Assembly: GCA_965601925.1 (NCBI GenBank)
Contig: OZ271854.1
Location: 992,001-1,056,000, forward strand
Length of the DNA stretch: 64,000 nt
DNA from: Alkalispirochaeta sp.
Lineage (GTDB): Bacteria > Spirochaetota > Spirochaetia > DSM-27196 > Alkalispirochaetaceae
Reading direction: 5' to 3'
Shown: positions 56,775 through 64,000 of the stretch, one piece after another
How the letters are laid out: each line of letters begins with the position of its first letter
How positions within the stretch are numbered: the first letter of the stretch is position 1
The notes under the pieces: model-generated
Database searches by the model: none
What the model was told of the DNA's origin: nothing
What the model saw: only the letters and a program-made list of their open reading frames with translations
Program-made: the position numbers and the translations under genes

Positions 56775-57404
56775 TCATCCCCCGTGCGCTTTCCACGAAG
56801 AGTCCGCAATCGTGTGACTATCGAAGCGTGCCTGAAACGATCCTCGGGTCGGGCTGCAGGCGTACACACCGAAGCGCACAGGTTTTTCCGGCGCCGCAGG
56901 AGGATCCTGCCTCCCCATATCGGCGGTTGTCTCGCCGAGAGCGTGGAGGTGGAAGATGCGCATCTGCGTATAGAGGACACCGTCCGGTGAAGACTCGACG
57001 AGAAAATCGGGACCGCGGCGGCTCACTCGGTACCACCGGACCGATACCGGCTCGATATCCGTCGTCGCCCAATCGGAATAGCCGAGGTTGGTTACTACGC
57101 TTCCCAAACGCCACGACGCATCACACTCGATGCCGACTTTGCACCAGTTTTCGCTGTCGATGTATACGATGACGCCGCACTGGTCAAAGAGATCCCCGTA
57201 CTCAAAGGATACCCGAGTGGTGAATGAAAAATTCGCATCGCTCTCCACGAGCAGCGCGGGCGCATTGTCGTTACGGAAACCGTAGTAACTGCGCTGCCAA
57301 AAGTCGGTACCCGGCTCGGTCGTAATGGTGATCGCATTGGAGGCGACTTCAAAGGTCTTGGGCCGGTGAATCCATTGCGCGTTCGAAAAATCCATTGTGC
57401 TCAT
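56775..57404 (-). CDS. DUF1349 family protein
   Basis: TDFWQRSYYGF, FDQCG, LGSVVTNLGYSDWAT, GVYACSP. Confidence 0.88.
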   Translation of the reverse strand: MSTMDFSNAQWIHRPKTFEVASNAITITTEPGTDFWQRSYYGFRNDNAPALLVESDANFSFTTRVSFEYGDLFDQCGVIVYIDSENWCKVGIECDASWRLGSVVTNLGYSDWATTDIEPVSVRWYRVSRRGPDFLVESSPDGVLYTQMRIFHLHALGETTADMGRQDPPAAPEKPVRFGVYACSPTRGSFQARFDSHTIADSSWKAHGG

Positions 57405-57487
57405 CGTTGCCCCCTTCGGTGTAGGCGTAACTCCGCGCCTCGTTCAGTGCGCTACTCCCGCGATACCACCTGTGATACCGTAATACC

Positions 57488-58417
57488 ATGAACCGTGTCG
57501 ATCGCCTCACCGCGATTCTACTGCATCTTCAAGAGCGGAAGCTCTCGGGTGACGCTCTGGCGCGGCGATTCGAGGTGTCTCGGCGTACCATCATGCGGGA
57601 CATCCAGGCGCTGTGCGAAATGGGTATACCCATCGTCGCGGAAGCGGGTCCGTCCGGCGGCTACTCACTCATCGACTTCACGTTGAAGCCCCTCGCCCTC
57701 AGCCTGCACGAGGCCTTTCTGCTCCAGTTGGCGCTGAATACCTTGGAGGCGTCGGCGCACCTCGCGCGTTCAGCAACACGGCAATCGGTGCAGGCAAAGA
57801 TACGGAGTCTCATGCCGGAGCCGATGAGAACTCGAGTCGATACGTTGATGGTCAACGTTGAGCAGCACGTCCCCGGTGGTGCAGCGGAGATTCCCCTCTT
57901 CGATCCCATTTTGACGGCGATACAAGAGGAACGGTGGATCCGCGTCGAGTATACCTCGATGGAACGCAACTCGATCCAGCTCCTCTATCCGCAAAAGCTC
58001 TCCGCTCGAGACGGGTTCTGGTACCTCAATGCGTATTCTCACGAACGCGGAGAGGAACGCACCTACCGCGTGGACCGTATATCGAGCATGAGCACGGCAC
58101 AACCGCCGACGGGAGGGCAGCGAAGTGTAAACCGACCTTCATACGGCGATCCATCCCTCCCGGAGGTCGTCATCGCCCTCACCCAACGGGGCGTTATGGA
58201 GGTGGAACGCACCTGCTCGTGGGCGATCGTACACAAGACGGAGACCGGCGGAGAACTACGTCTCCGGTGCCCCACGGAAGAGTATCGGTGGCTCAGTCGC
58301 GTCGTGCTCGGCCTAACCGGGGAGGCCGAGGTCCTCTCCCCACCCGAACTGGTCGGCATGGTGTGTCGGAGTGCTCACGAGGTCATTCGCATGTACGGGG
58401 CGACAAAAAACAAGTGA
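57488..58417 (+). CDS. WYL-domain transcriptional regulator (YafY type: HTH-WYL-WCX)
   Basis: MNRVDRL..LARRFEVSRRTIMRDI..GPSGGY; WYLNAY..RTYRVDRI. Confidence 0.92.
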   Translation: MNRVDRLTAILLHLQERKLSGDALARRFEVSRRTIMRDIQALCEMGIPIVAEAGPSGGYSLIDFTLKPLALSLHEAFLLQLALNTLEASAHLARSATRQSVQAKIRSLMPEPMRTRVDTLMVNVEQHVPGGAAEIPLFDPILTAIQEERWIRVEYTSMERNSIQLLYPQKLSARDGFWYLNAYSHERGEERTYRVDRISSMSTAQPPTGGQRSVNRPSYGDPSLPEVVIALTQRGVMEVERTCSWAIVHKTETGGELRLRCPTEEYRWLSRVVLGLTGEAEVLSPPELVGMVCRSAHEVIRMYGATKNK

Positions 58418-58448
58418 CATAGGGTTGTCACCGTCTCCGGTGTACGCT
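58414..58448 (+). promoter_or_regulatory. WYL operator GTGACA-N6-TGTCAC plus -10 TACGCT
   Basis: Perfect dyad at 58414-58431 overlapping the WYL stop codon; TACGCT 11 nt downstream. Confidence 0.7.
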
Positions 58449-58484
58449 TCCCATGTTCGCCCGAGCGGCGGGCAAGGAGGAAGA

Positions 58485-59435
58485 ATGAAACGATTATCGA
58501 AGGAACGATTCGGTGCCGCCGAACGATTTCTGCTGCATGAAGCGCGCGATGTAGAGCGAGCACTCTTCCGCTTCCAATTCGGCGGAGGACGACGAGACGA
58601 TGTTCTTACGGCGCTTGCGGAGTATCAGAACGACGACGGCGGCTTCGGACGAGCCATAGAGCCGGACGTGCGTGCGCCCGACTCCTCGCCGTACGCGACT
58701 GAGGTGGGCCTGGCAATCCTGGCGGACACGGGGTGCCCCGGAGATGAGTCCGCGGCGCGACGAGCCGTGCGATATCTGGCGACGCAGTACGATCCGGTCG
58801 AGCGCGGCTGGTCGATACTTCCATCCTCAGCCCAGGACCACCCTCGCGCTCCGTGGTGGGACGATCGGGGCGGTGACGGGCCGTTCGGGAACTTGAGGGA
58901 AACCTTCGACAACTTCGCAATCATCCCGCGTGTACACCTGGTGGATCTTCTCCACCGCTTCGACACCGAAGACTCGATCCCGGATGCCGCATCACTCGTC
59001 GAAAATGTTTTGCGATCAATCGTCGATGCCGACGCCGGGGGCCTTGGCGGGGGTGGAACGGCACTCAGGTCGAGTCTATCGCTGATCGACAATGAGCGCG
59101 TCGTACACCCAATCAAGGATCGCGCGATGGAGCATCTGGAGGGAATGATTCCTCGCGTGCTCTCCTTTGATCCGTCGGAGTGGAACACGTTCTGCGCTGC
59201 GCCGCTCAACGTCTTTCCCACCCCCTCTCCCCTTGTCCAAGGAGCGGTGGCCGAGGCGGTGGAGCGTCACCTCGATTTCGTGGTGGAGTCCCAGCGCGAA
59301 GAAGGGTACTGGGAGCCTACCTGGACCTGGATGGGGTGGTATCCCGACGCGTGGGAGGCGGCACACAAGGAGTGGCGAGGAGTCGTCACCCTGGAGAATC
59401 TACGGATACTCCACGCGTACGGTCGACTGGACTGA
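58485..59435 (+). CDS. Hypothetical protein with prenyltransferase/squalene-cyclase-like (alpha/alpha) repeats
   Basis: YQNDDGGFGRAIEPD, PRAPWW, QREEGYW..W QW-like repeats; AAGGAGG RBS. Confidence 0.75.
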   Translation: MKRLSKERFGAAERFLLHEARDVERALFRFQFGGGRRDDVLTALAEYQNDDGGFGRAIEPDVRAPDSSPYATEVGLAILADTGCPGDESAARRAVRYLATQYDPVERGWSILPSSAQDHPRAPWWDDRGGDGPFGNLRETFDNFAIIPRVHLVDLLHRFDTEDSIPDAASLVENVLRSIVDADAGGLGGGGTALRSSLSLIDNERVVHPIKDRAMEHLEGMIPRVLSFDPSEWNTFCAAPLNVFPTPSPLVQGAVAEAVERHLDFVVESQREEGYWEPTWTWMGWYPDAWEAAHKEWRGVVTLENLRILHAYGRLD

Positions 59436-59560
59436 GCGAATCGCGCGTAGGAAATCCGGCGGCCGGCGTCCCGCCGGCCCCATGTGGGATCGACGGGGTA
59501 CGTCCCTACCGCGCCGCGCCGGATTGCCGTGCCGACTCCAGGGTGAACCACATCGCTTTA

Positions 59561-59917
59561 CTACTCGCCGTCGCTCACGAGATGTATAATCGACGAAGGA
59601 CTTGAAATCCAAAAGCCCCGTAGCGCATCGGGTAGCTTCTCTATCTCGTCACATCGGGCGATACCGGCGGCTTTGAAGTGGTCTGCCGCCGCCGACACAT
59701 CGTCGGTGACAAGCTCGAGCCAGAGTTCCGCCTGGCTGACCGTTTCTACTTTGTCGATCCACAGCTGGTTGTGACCGAACTGAAATACGACCTCCGGCGC
59801 GTTTTCGGTAATCTCGTCAAGGCCGAGAATATCCCGATAAAAACGCACCGTCGCCTCCCACTGGTGCGGCGGCACTTTGAGAGCGATGTTTCGGCCTCCG
59901 CGAAATGTTCCCGCCAT
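59561..59917 (-). CDS. VOC/glyoxalase-like protein
   Basis: GRNIALKVP..TVRFYRDILGL; LWLE; GFWI; GGGAGG RBS. Confidence 0.8.
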   Translation of the reverse strand: MAGTFRGGRNIALKVPPHQWEATVRFYRDILGLDEITENAPEVVFQFGHNQLWIDKVETVSQAELWLELVTDDVSAAADHFKAAGIARCDEIEKLPDALRGFWISSPSSIIHLVSDGE

Positions 59918-59942
59918 CGTTCCTCCCCTTTCATTCATGTGG

Positions 59943-60296
59943 CTACTCTTCCTCAACCAACGCCTTAAGACGCGCGATTGCGTGTTCCCATTGCTTGGAT
60001 GCGCGATCGAGGTAATCACGGGCCTCCACGATCGCCCCGGGATCGAAGACGAATCGGCTCTCACGACCGACGCGCACGCTCATTACAATACCGGCCCGTT
60101 CCAGAATGCGGAGGTGCTTCGTCACTCCCTGCCGCGTAATACCGACGCCCTCGGTCAACTGGACGATGGAGCGCGGTTTCCCATCGCCGAGGCGTGAGAC
60201 GAGGGCAAGGCGCGTCGCATCGCCGAGGGCGGCGAACACCGGAGCGGGATCCGCAACGGCGGCCGAAGAACCGGCCCCGAACTCACGATTCGACAT
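59943..60296 (-). CDS. ArsR/SmtB family regulator
   Basis: VFAALGDATRL..ITRQGVTKHLRILERAGIV..GRE. Confidence 0.88.
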   Translation of the reverse strand: MSNREFGAGSSAAVADPAPVFAALGDATRLALVSRLGDGKPRSIVQLTEGVGITRQGVTKHLRILERAGIVMSVRVGRESRFVFDPGAIVEARDYLDRASKQWEHAIARLKALVEEE

Positions 60297-60729
60297 AGGC
60301 GGCGATGTTCTTTGCCTGCTCATTCCACCCTTGCGTGTTCTCGCGAAGTAACTCGATACGGCGGGGATCGGGTACGGAGGCGAAGCCCGACTCGGTGATG
60401 GTAAGGCGCGTTCCATCGCCGGCGGCCTCGAGACGAAACTCCACCAGCATCCGTACGATCTTCGGATCGTCGATGGCCGACTCTATCTCCTCGGAGGGCC
60501 AGTAAAAGGAGAAGAGTCGTTCGTGGTCCATACGGTGGGTTATCGACTCCCACGGCATATCCTCGTAGCCCGGATAGGTCATGCGTCCCCGCGTAATCTC
60601 CCCCACTTTGAACGGTCCGTCGAGCTTCACGCGAAACCAGCGGCCGAACTCCTCGTAATCGGTCAGGGCCCGCCATACCCGCGATATCGGCGCGGCTAAG
60701 TGGACGATTTTTTCGATCTTGTCTTTCAT
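60283..60729 (-). CDS. SRPBCC (AHSA1-like) protein
   Basis: IEKIVHLAAPISRVWRALTD..FGRWF; GTRLTITESGF; GW. Confidence 0.88.
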   Translation of the reverse strand: MKDKIEKIVHLAAPISRVWRALTDYEEFGRWFRVKLDGPFKVGEITRGRMTYPGYEDMPWESITHRMDHERLFSFYWPSEEIESAIDDPKIVRMLVEFRLEAAGDGTRLTITESGFASVPDPRRIELLRENTQGWNEQAKNIAAYVES

Positions 60730-60799
60730 AAAGCAACCTTTCAGTTGCGTTTATGATAACCCAATCGATCGCAAAAAGCAACTGTTTAGTTGCTTTATG
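60727..60799. promoter_or_regulatory. Two ArsR-type operators GCAAC-N6-GTTGC
   Basis: AAAGCAACctttcaGTTGCGTT (from 60730) and AAAGCAACtgtttaGTTGCTTT (60775-60796). Confidence 0.75.
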
Positions 60800-60834
60800 T
60801 GCGACACATTCACGTCGCACTACGCGGTCGGCCG

Positions 60835-61704
60835 CTACACTCCCGATAAAACCGCCCGAAGAACCTTGCGCCACTCCGGAATTAGGCACAGGTGTCCGAG
60901 TCCGTCAAAGACGCACAGATCGCCCTGCGGCAATCGGTCGCGGTAGTAGGCTCCGTGGTCCGGGGGAACGATGGTATCGCCCCGGGCGTAGAACAACCGA
61001 ACGGGCACTTTGATAGCGGCGAGATCGGGTCGCCACGGGGCGACGTGGGTCGCAATGATGTCGGCCGCCGTTCCACGGGCACCTTGTCGAAACGCCTCGC
61101 GCAACATGTCGACGACGCTTGACTTCGCCTCGAGATCGTCGAGCACCGCTTGGTCGCCGGGACCGCCGGCGATGGAGTACACCGCCTCGTCCGGTTGTGC
61201 GGCGAGCTCGGCGAGCATCGACGTGAGGGTGTGAAACGCCGACGAGGGTCGCCTGCGAAGCTCGCGAATCAACCCACGATGGTGATCGGTCAGCCACGGC
61301 ACCTCGTCGTCGGGCGCCGGAGAGGCGACGACGCCTACCGCCGAGACGAGATCGGGACGGCGAGAGGCGAGCGCCAAGGCACCGACACCGCCGGAGGACC
61401 ATCCGATAATCGGCAGCGGTCCGAGACTCGCCTGCTCCAACGCAACGCCGAGATCGTCGGCGAAGGCGTTCCAGCTCGGCACGACGCCGTCGGCATAGGA
61501 AGAGGAACGTCCGTATCCCGGACGATCGACGACCAAGAGCCTCACGCCGAGTTCGGCAGTTACCGGAGGGTTCGGGTCGAAGAGACGAGAGCCGGGGGCG
61601 GAGGGCAGAAAGAGCACCGGAGTGCCCGAATCGGATCCGAAATGCTCAACGGCGAGAGTCCGTCCGTCCGTCAGGGGCCATAAAAGGGTGTGTTGATCGT
61701 TCAT
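60835..61704 (-). CDS. Alpha/beta hydrolase
   Basis: DGRTLA, DRPGYGRS, GWSSGG nucleophile elbow, D..VP, GH. Confidence 0.9.
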   Translation of the reverse strand: MNDQHTLLWPLTDGRTLAVEHFGSDSGTPVLFLPSAPGSRLFDPNPPVTAELGVRLLVVDRPGYGRSSSYADGVVPSWNAFADDLGVALEQASLGPLPIIGWSSGGVGALALASRRPDLVSAVGVVASPAPDDEVPWLTDHHRGLIRELRRRPSSAFHTLTSMLAELAAQPDEAVYSIAGGPGDQAVLDDLEAKSSVVDMLREAFRQGARGTAADIIATHVAPWRPDLAAIKVPVRLFYARGDTIVPPDHGAYYRDRLPQGDLCVFDGLGHLCLIPEWRKVLRAVLSGV

Positions 61705-61711
61705 ACCAAGG

Positions 61712-61746
61712 AGCGTACACGGCAATGGTGACACCATTACGTCACC
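61712..61746 (-). promoter_or_regulatory. WYL operator GTGACG-N6-TGTCAC plus -10 TACGCT
   Basis: Dyad at 61727-61746; TACGCT 10 nt downstream; ATG 7 nt after that. Confidence 0.7.
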
Positions 61747-61766
61747 AATTGTGATACTTTTTTCGT

Positions 61767-62480
61767 ATGAATCGTACCGAGCGACTCTACGCGATCGTGG
61801 AAGAGCTGCGTAGAGCCGGCGAACGCCCCCGAACCGCCCGCGCCTTGGCCGACGAGTTCGAAGTCTCTACGCGCACGATCAAACGCGACATCGCCTCTCT
61901 TCAGGAGGCGGGTGTGCCGATCTGGTCGGAAAGCGGCCCGATAGGCGGATACGGCATGCTCAATCGCTCGGAGGTACTCCCGCCGATCGCCTTTACCACC
62001 GCGGAGGCGGTGGCGATCGCCTCCGCTCTGCACGCCGCGGGCCGACGCCCCTTTTCGGCGGAGGGCAACGCCGCGTTGTCCAAGATCGTGGGCGCCATGG
62101 AACGAAGCGACCGCGACGAGGCGAGGAAACTCGGCCGGCGCATATGGTTTCAAGAGAGGTCGGTGGACTCGGACGGAACGTTTCGCGCCCTGGGCGAGGC
62201 GATACGTCGATGCGTCGTGGTTCGCATCGACTACACCGACGCCGACGGTGCCGCGACGCGTGCGCGCCCCGTCGAGTCCCTCGCTCTCGCTCAGATAGAG
62301 AACCGCTGGTACCTTCTCGCGTGGTGCCGACTGCGCTGTGCGGGCCGGTGGTTTCGTCTCGATCGGATCGATGGGGTAACGGCGACGCGGGAGGTGTTCC
62401 GGCCGCGCGATGTCAGGCAGGTCTTCGGCGAGCCGCCCCCGGAGGCGTATACCCTCTCCCTTTCACCGGAGGAGACCTAA
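61767..62480 (+). CDS. WYL-domain transcriptional regulator (short, no WCX domain)
   Basis: MNRTERL..LADEFEVSTRTIKRDI..GPIGGY; WYLLAWCRLR...RWFRLDRI. Confidence 0.92.
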   Translation: MNRTERLYAIVEELRRAGERPRTARALADEFEVSTRTIKRDIASLQEAGVPIWSESGPIGGYGMLNRSEVLPPIAFTTAEAVAIASALHAAGRRPFSAEGNAALSKIVGAMERSDRDEARKLGRRIWFQERSVDSDGTFRALGEAIRRCVVVRIDYTDADGAATRARPVESLALAQIENRWYLLAWCRLRCAGRWFRLDRIDGVTATREVFRPRDVRQVFGEPPPEAYTLSLSPEET

Positions 62481-62642
62481 GATCGCTACCGCTATACACC
62501 TCGCGCCCTCGAGTGGGCATCCGCAGGTCGCCGGTCGCGGCGAAGACGATCCAAGAGCGCATGCCGACGATGTAACGTCACGTGCAGTCTCTCTTGACGT
62601 GACGCAGGTGACGTCGATATATTTTAGAACGATTGGTAACTT

Positions 62643-63215
62643 ATGGGACGACCACGGGGATACGATAGACGAGCTGCGGTCCTCGCCGCGAAGAATCTCT
62701 TCTGGGAGCGCGGCTACGTCGGGACCTCCGTGGGCGATCTTGTCGAGGCGATGATGATGCCGCGACGCAGCCTCTACACGGAGTTCGGAAGCAAGGACGG
62801 ACTCTTCGTCGAGGCGCTCCGACTCTACGCTCGAAATGAGGGCTCGGTGTACCGACGCCACCTGGGTGGATCCGACAAGGGGTGGCCGGCGATCGTCGGA
62901 TACTTCGATGCGATGGAGTTCGGACCGAGCTTCCGCGGATGCTTTCTCGTCAATAGTCTGGCCGAACGGGAGATCTTGCCGGACGAGGCGACTGAGACGG
63001 TGGATCGCTTCTTCGACGAGGTACGGCGGCTCTTTGAAGAGAACTTACAGGCGGCGCAGCATGCCGGCGAGCTTCGCGGCGATGTCGATCTCGGAGCACT
63101 CGCCGCGACGATTCTCTCCTTCGACAATGGACTTGCGATCGCGGGGAAACATCCCTCGACGCGGAAGGAGTTGGCCGATGCAGTGCCCCTGTTTCTCGAT
63201 ACCGTTCGCGAATAA
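62643..63215 (+). CDS. TetR family regulator (NemR/ComR-like)
   Basis: MGRPRGYD..FWERGY.GTS..SLYTEFGSKDGLF; GCFLVN. Confidence 0.9.
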   Translation: MGRPRGYDRRAAVLAAKNLFWERGYVGTSVGDLVEAMMMPRRSLYTEFGSKDGLFVEALRLYARNEGSVYRRHLGGSDKGWPAIVGYFDAMEFGPSFRGCFLVNSLAEREILPDEATETVDRFFDEVRRLFEENLQAAQHAGELRGDVDLGALAATILSFDNGLAIAGKHPSTRKELADAVPLFLDTVRE

Positions 63216-63260
63216 TTTTTTGTCGATTATAGATCGATCATTCTAATAAGGAGGTTCACG

Positions 63261-63557
63261 ATGAAGATATTCGAACACGCGGTATTCAAGCTGAAAACGG
63301 ACAAGGAGGCGGCTTTCTTCCGCGAAATCGAACCGCGCATCAAAGAAGAGGCGCGAGAACGGTTTCCCTCTTTGCGCGAAACCGCCACCTATCGCGTAGT
63401 GGGCAAGGAGCGCACCTACGCCCACCTCTTTCTGTGGGACAGCCTGGAGGAGGCGCACGTCGCCATGAGCGAATTTCCCACGCTCCCGAGTGCCGCCGCC
63501 TTCATGGACTGTATAGAGGAGAGTGTGTCAATGGACCATCTGGAGGAGCTACGCTGA
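63261..63557 (+). CDS. Small hypothetical protein, possibly ABM/dimeric alpha-beta barrel
   Basis: AAGGAGG RBS; E..VFKLK..F, WDSLEEA pattern. Confidence 0.65.
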   Translation: MKIFEHAVFKLKTDKEAAFFREIEPRIKEEARERFPSLRETATYRVVGKERTYAHLFLWDSLEEAHVAMSEFPTLPSAAAFMDCIEESVSMDHLEELR

Positions 63558-63578
63558 AGCGGAAGGCGCTCCACTCCT

Positions 63579-64000
63579 TCAACCGACCGGCCGTGCTCCG
63601 ATTGCCCCTTCATACTCCGCCTGGAGCTCGGCCAGTACCGACCGCTCGGGCGGCGGTGAACCGAGGTGGAGCGCTCGAAGCTCCTCCATAAACGCCTCCC
63701 ACATCTCGGGTCCTCCCTTTTCCAACAACTCGGCGCGCACACTCAGTTCGTAACTCGCCGGTGTATGCCGCCTACCCCAAGCGCCCATGTGCGCCAAGAG
63801 CGGTACCAGCTGAATAGAACTCTCGGTCAGACTGTAGATAACTTTCTGCTTGTGGTCCGGGGCGGCGGACCGACTCAACAGCCCTAAGGCCACCAAACGC
63901 TTGAGACGGTCGGACAAAATGTTGGTGGCGATCCCCTCGATGGAATGCCGGGCCAGGGCGTTAAAGGTGCGTCGATTCCCGAACATCACGTCGCGAATAA
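63579..64000 (-). CDS. HxlR family winged-helix regulator (5' end outside the window)
   Basis: IRDVMFG.RRTF..EGIATNILSDRLKRL..YSLT..LVPLL..WG. Confidence 0.88.
   Translation of the reverse strand, partial: IRDVMFGNRRTFNALARHSIEGIATNILSDRLKRLVALGLLSRSAAPDHKQKVIYSLTESSIQLVPLLAHMGAWGRRHTPASYELSVRAELLEKGGPEMWEAFMEELRALHLGSPPPERSVLAELQAEYEGAIGARPVG

Noticed and set aside
59445..59530. GC hairpins between convergent genes as a REP/MITE family
   Set aside because: I found no second copy in the window; probably local terminator-like stems
57488..62480. WYL genes as markers of a CRISPR, BREX or CBASS island
   Set aside because: They are YafY type and no cas, brx, cyclase or nuclease genes or repeat arrays are nearby
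1..64000. tRNA, rRNA, IS elements, prophage genes, CRISPR arrays
   Set aside because: None recognised by eye; tRNAscan-SE, Infernal and ISEScan would be needed to exclude them formally

Overview
GC-rich bacterial window, probably Spirochaetota. This is an inference from the 'WAGG..E'-type signal peptides of the solute-binding proteins, the BMP lipoprotein and the diderm beta-barrel genes. It has four blocks. (1) 0-11.5 kb: a sugar-utilisation locus with ABC permeases and binding protein, a Cys-type sulfatase, a GH78 alpha-L-rhamnosidase and a YesM/YesN-type two-component system. (2) 11.6-23.8 kb: small accessory genes (DUF1697, DUF1499, GNATs, two probable outer-membrane barrels, MerR/SRPBCC/DoxX, 7TM-GGDEF-EAL, MazG-like, VOC). 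(3) 23.9-54.3 kb: an anaerobic purine/urate catabolism region with a nucleoside ABC importer, ygeW, two fold-type II PLP enzymes where ygeX normally sits, ygeY, ssnA, ygfK, two NCS2 permeases, adenine deaminase, xdhABC, a fused Fe-S/Mo xdh, a CDA-fold deaminase and a broken IclR. (4) 54.3-64 kb: small stress/regulator modules (DUF533, an FMN-binding-like lipoprotein, two WYL regulators, ArsR/SRPBCC/VOC, TetR, HxlR). Main leads: the variant purine pathway with two uncharacterised PLP enzymes and no hyuA/ygeX in the window; two WYL modules sharing one operator/-10 layout resembling PafBC-type promoters; a sigma54 promoter placed directly on a start codon; many apparently leaderless genes; and several long operator palindromes. 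I saw no rRNA, tRNA, CRISPR array or transposase. All family calls come from motif recognition by eye, not database searches, and start codons were adjusted by hand.
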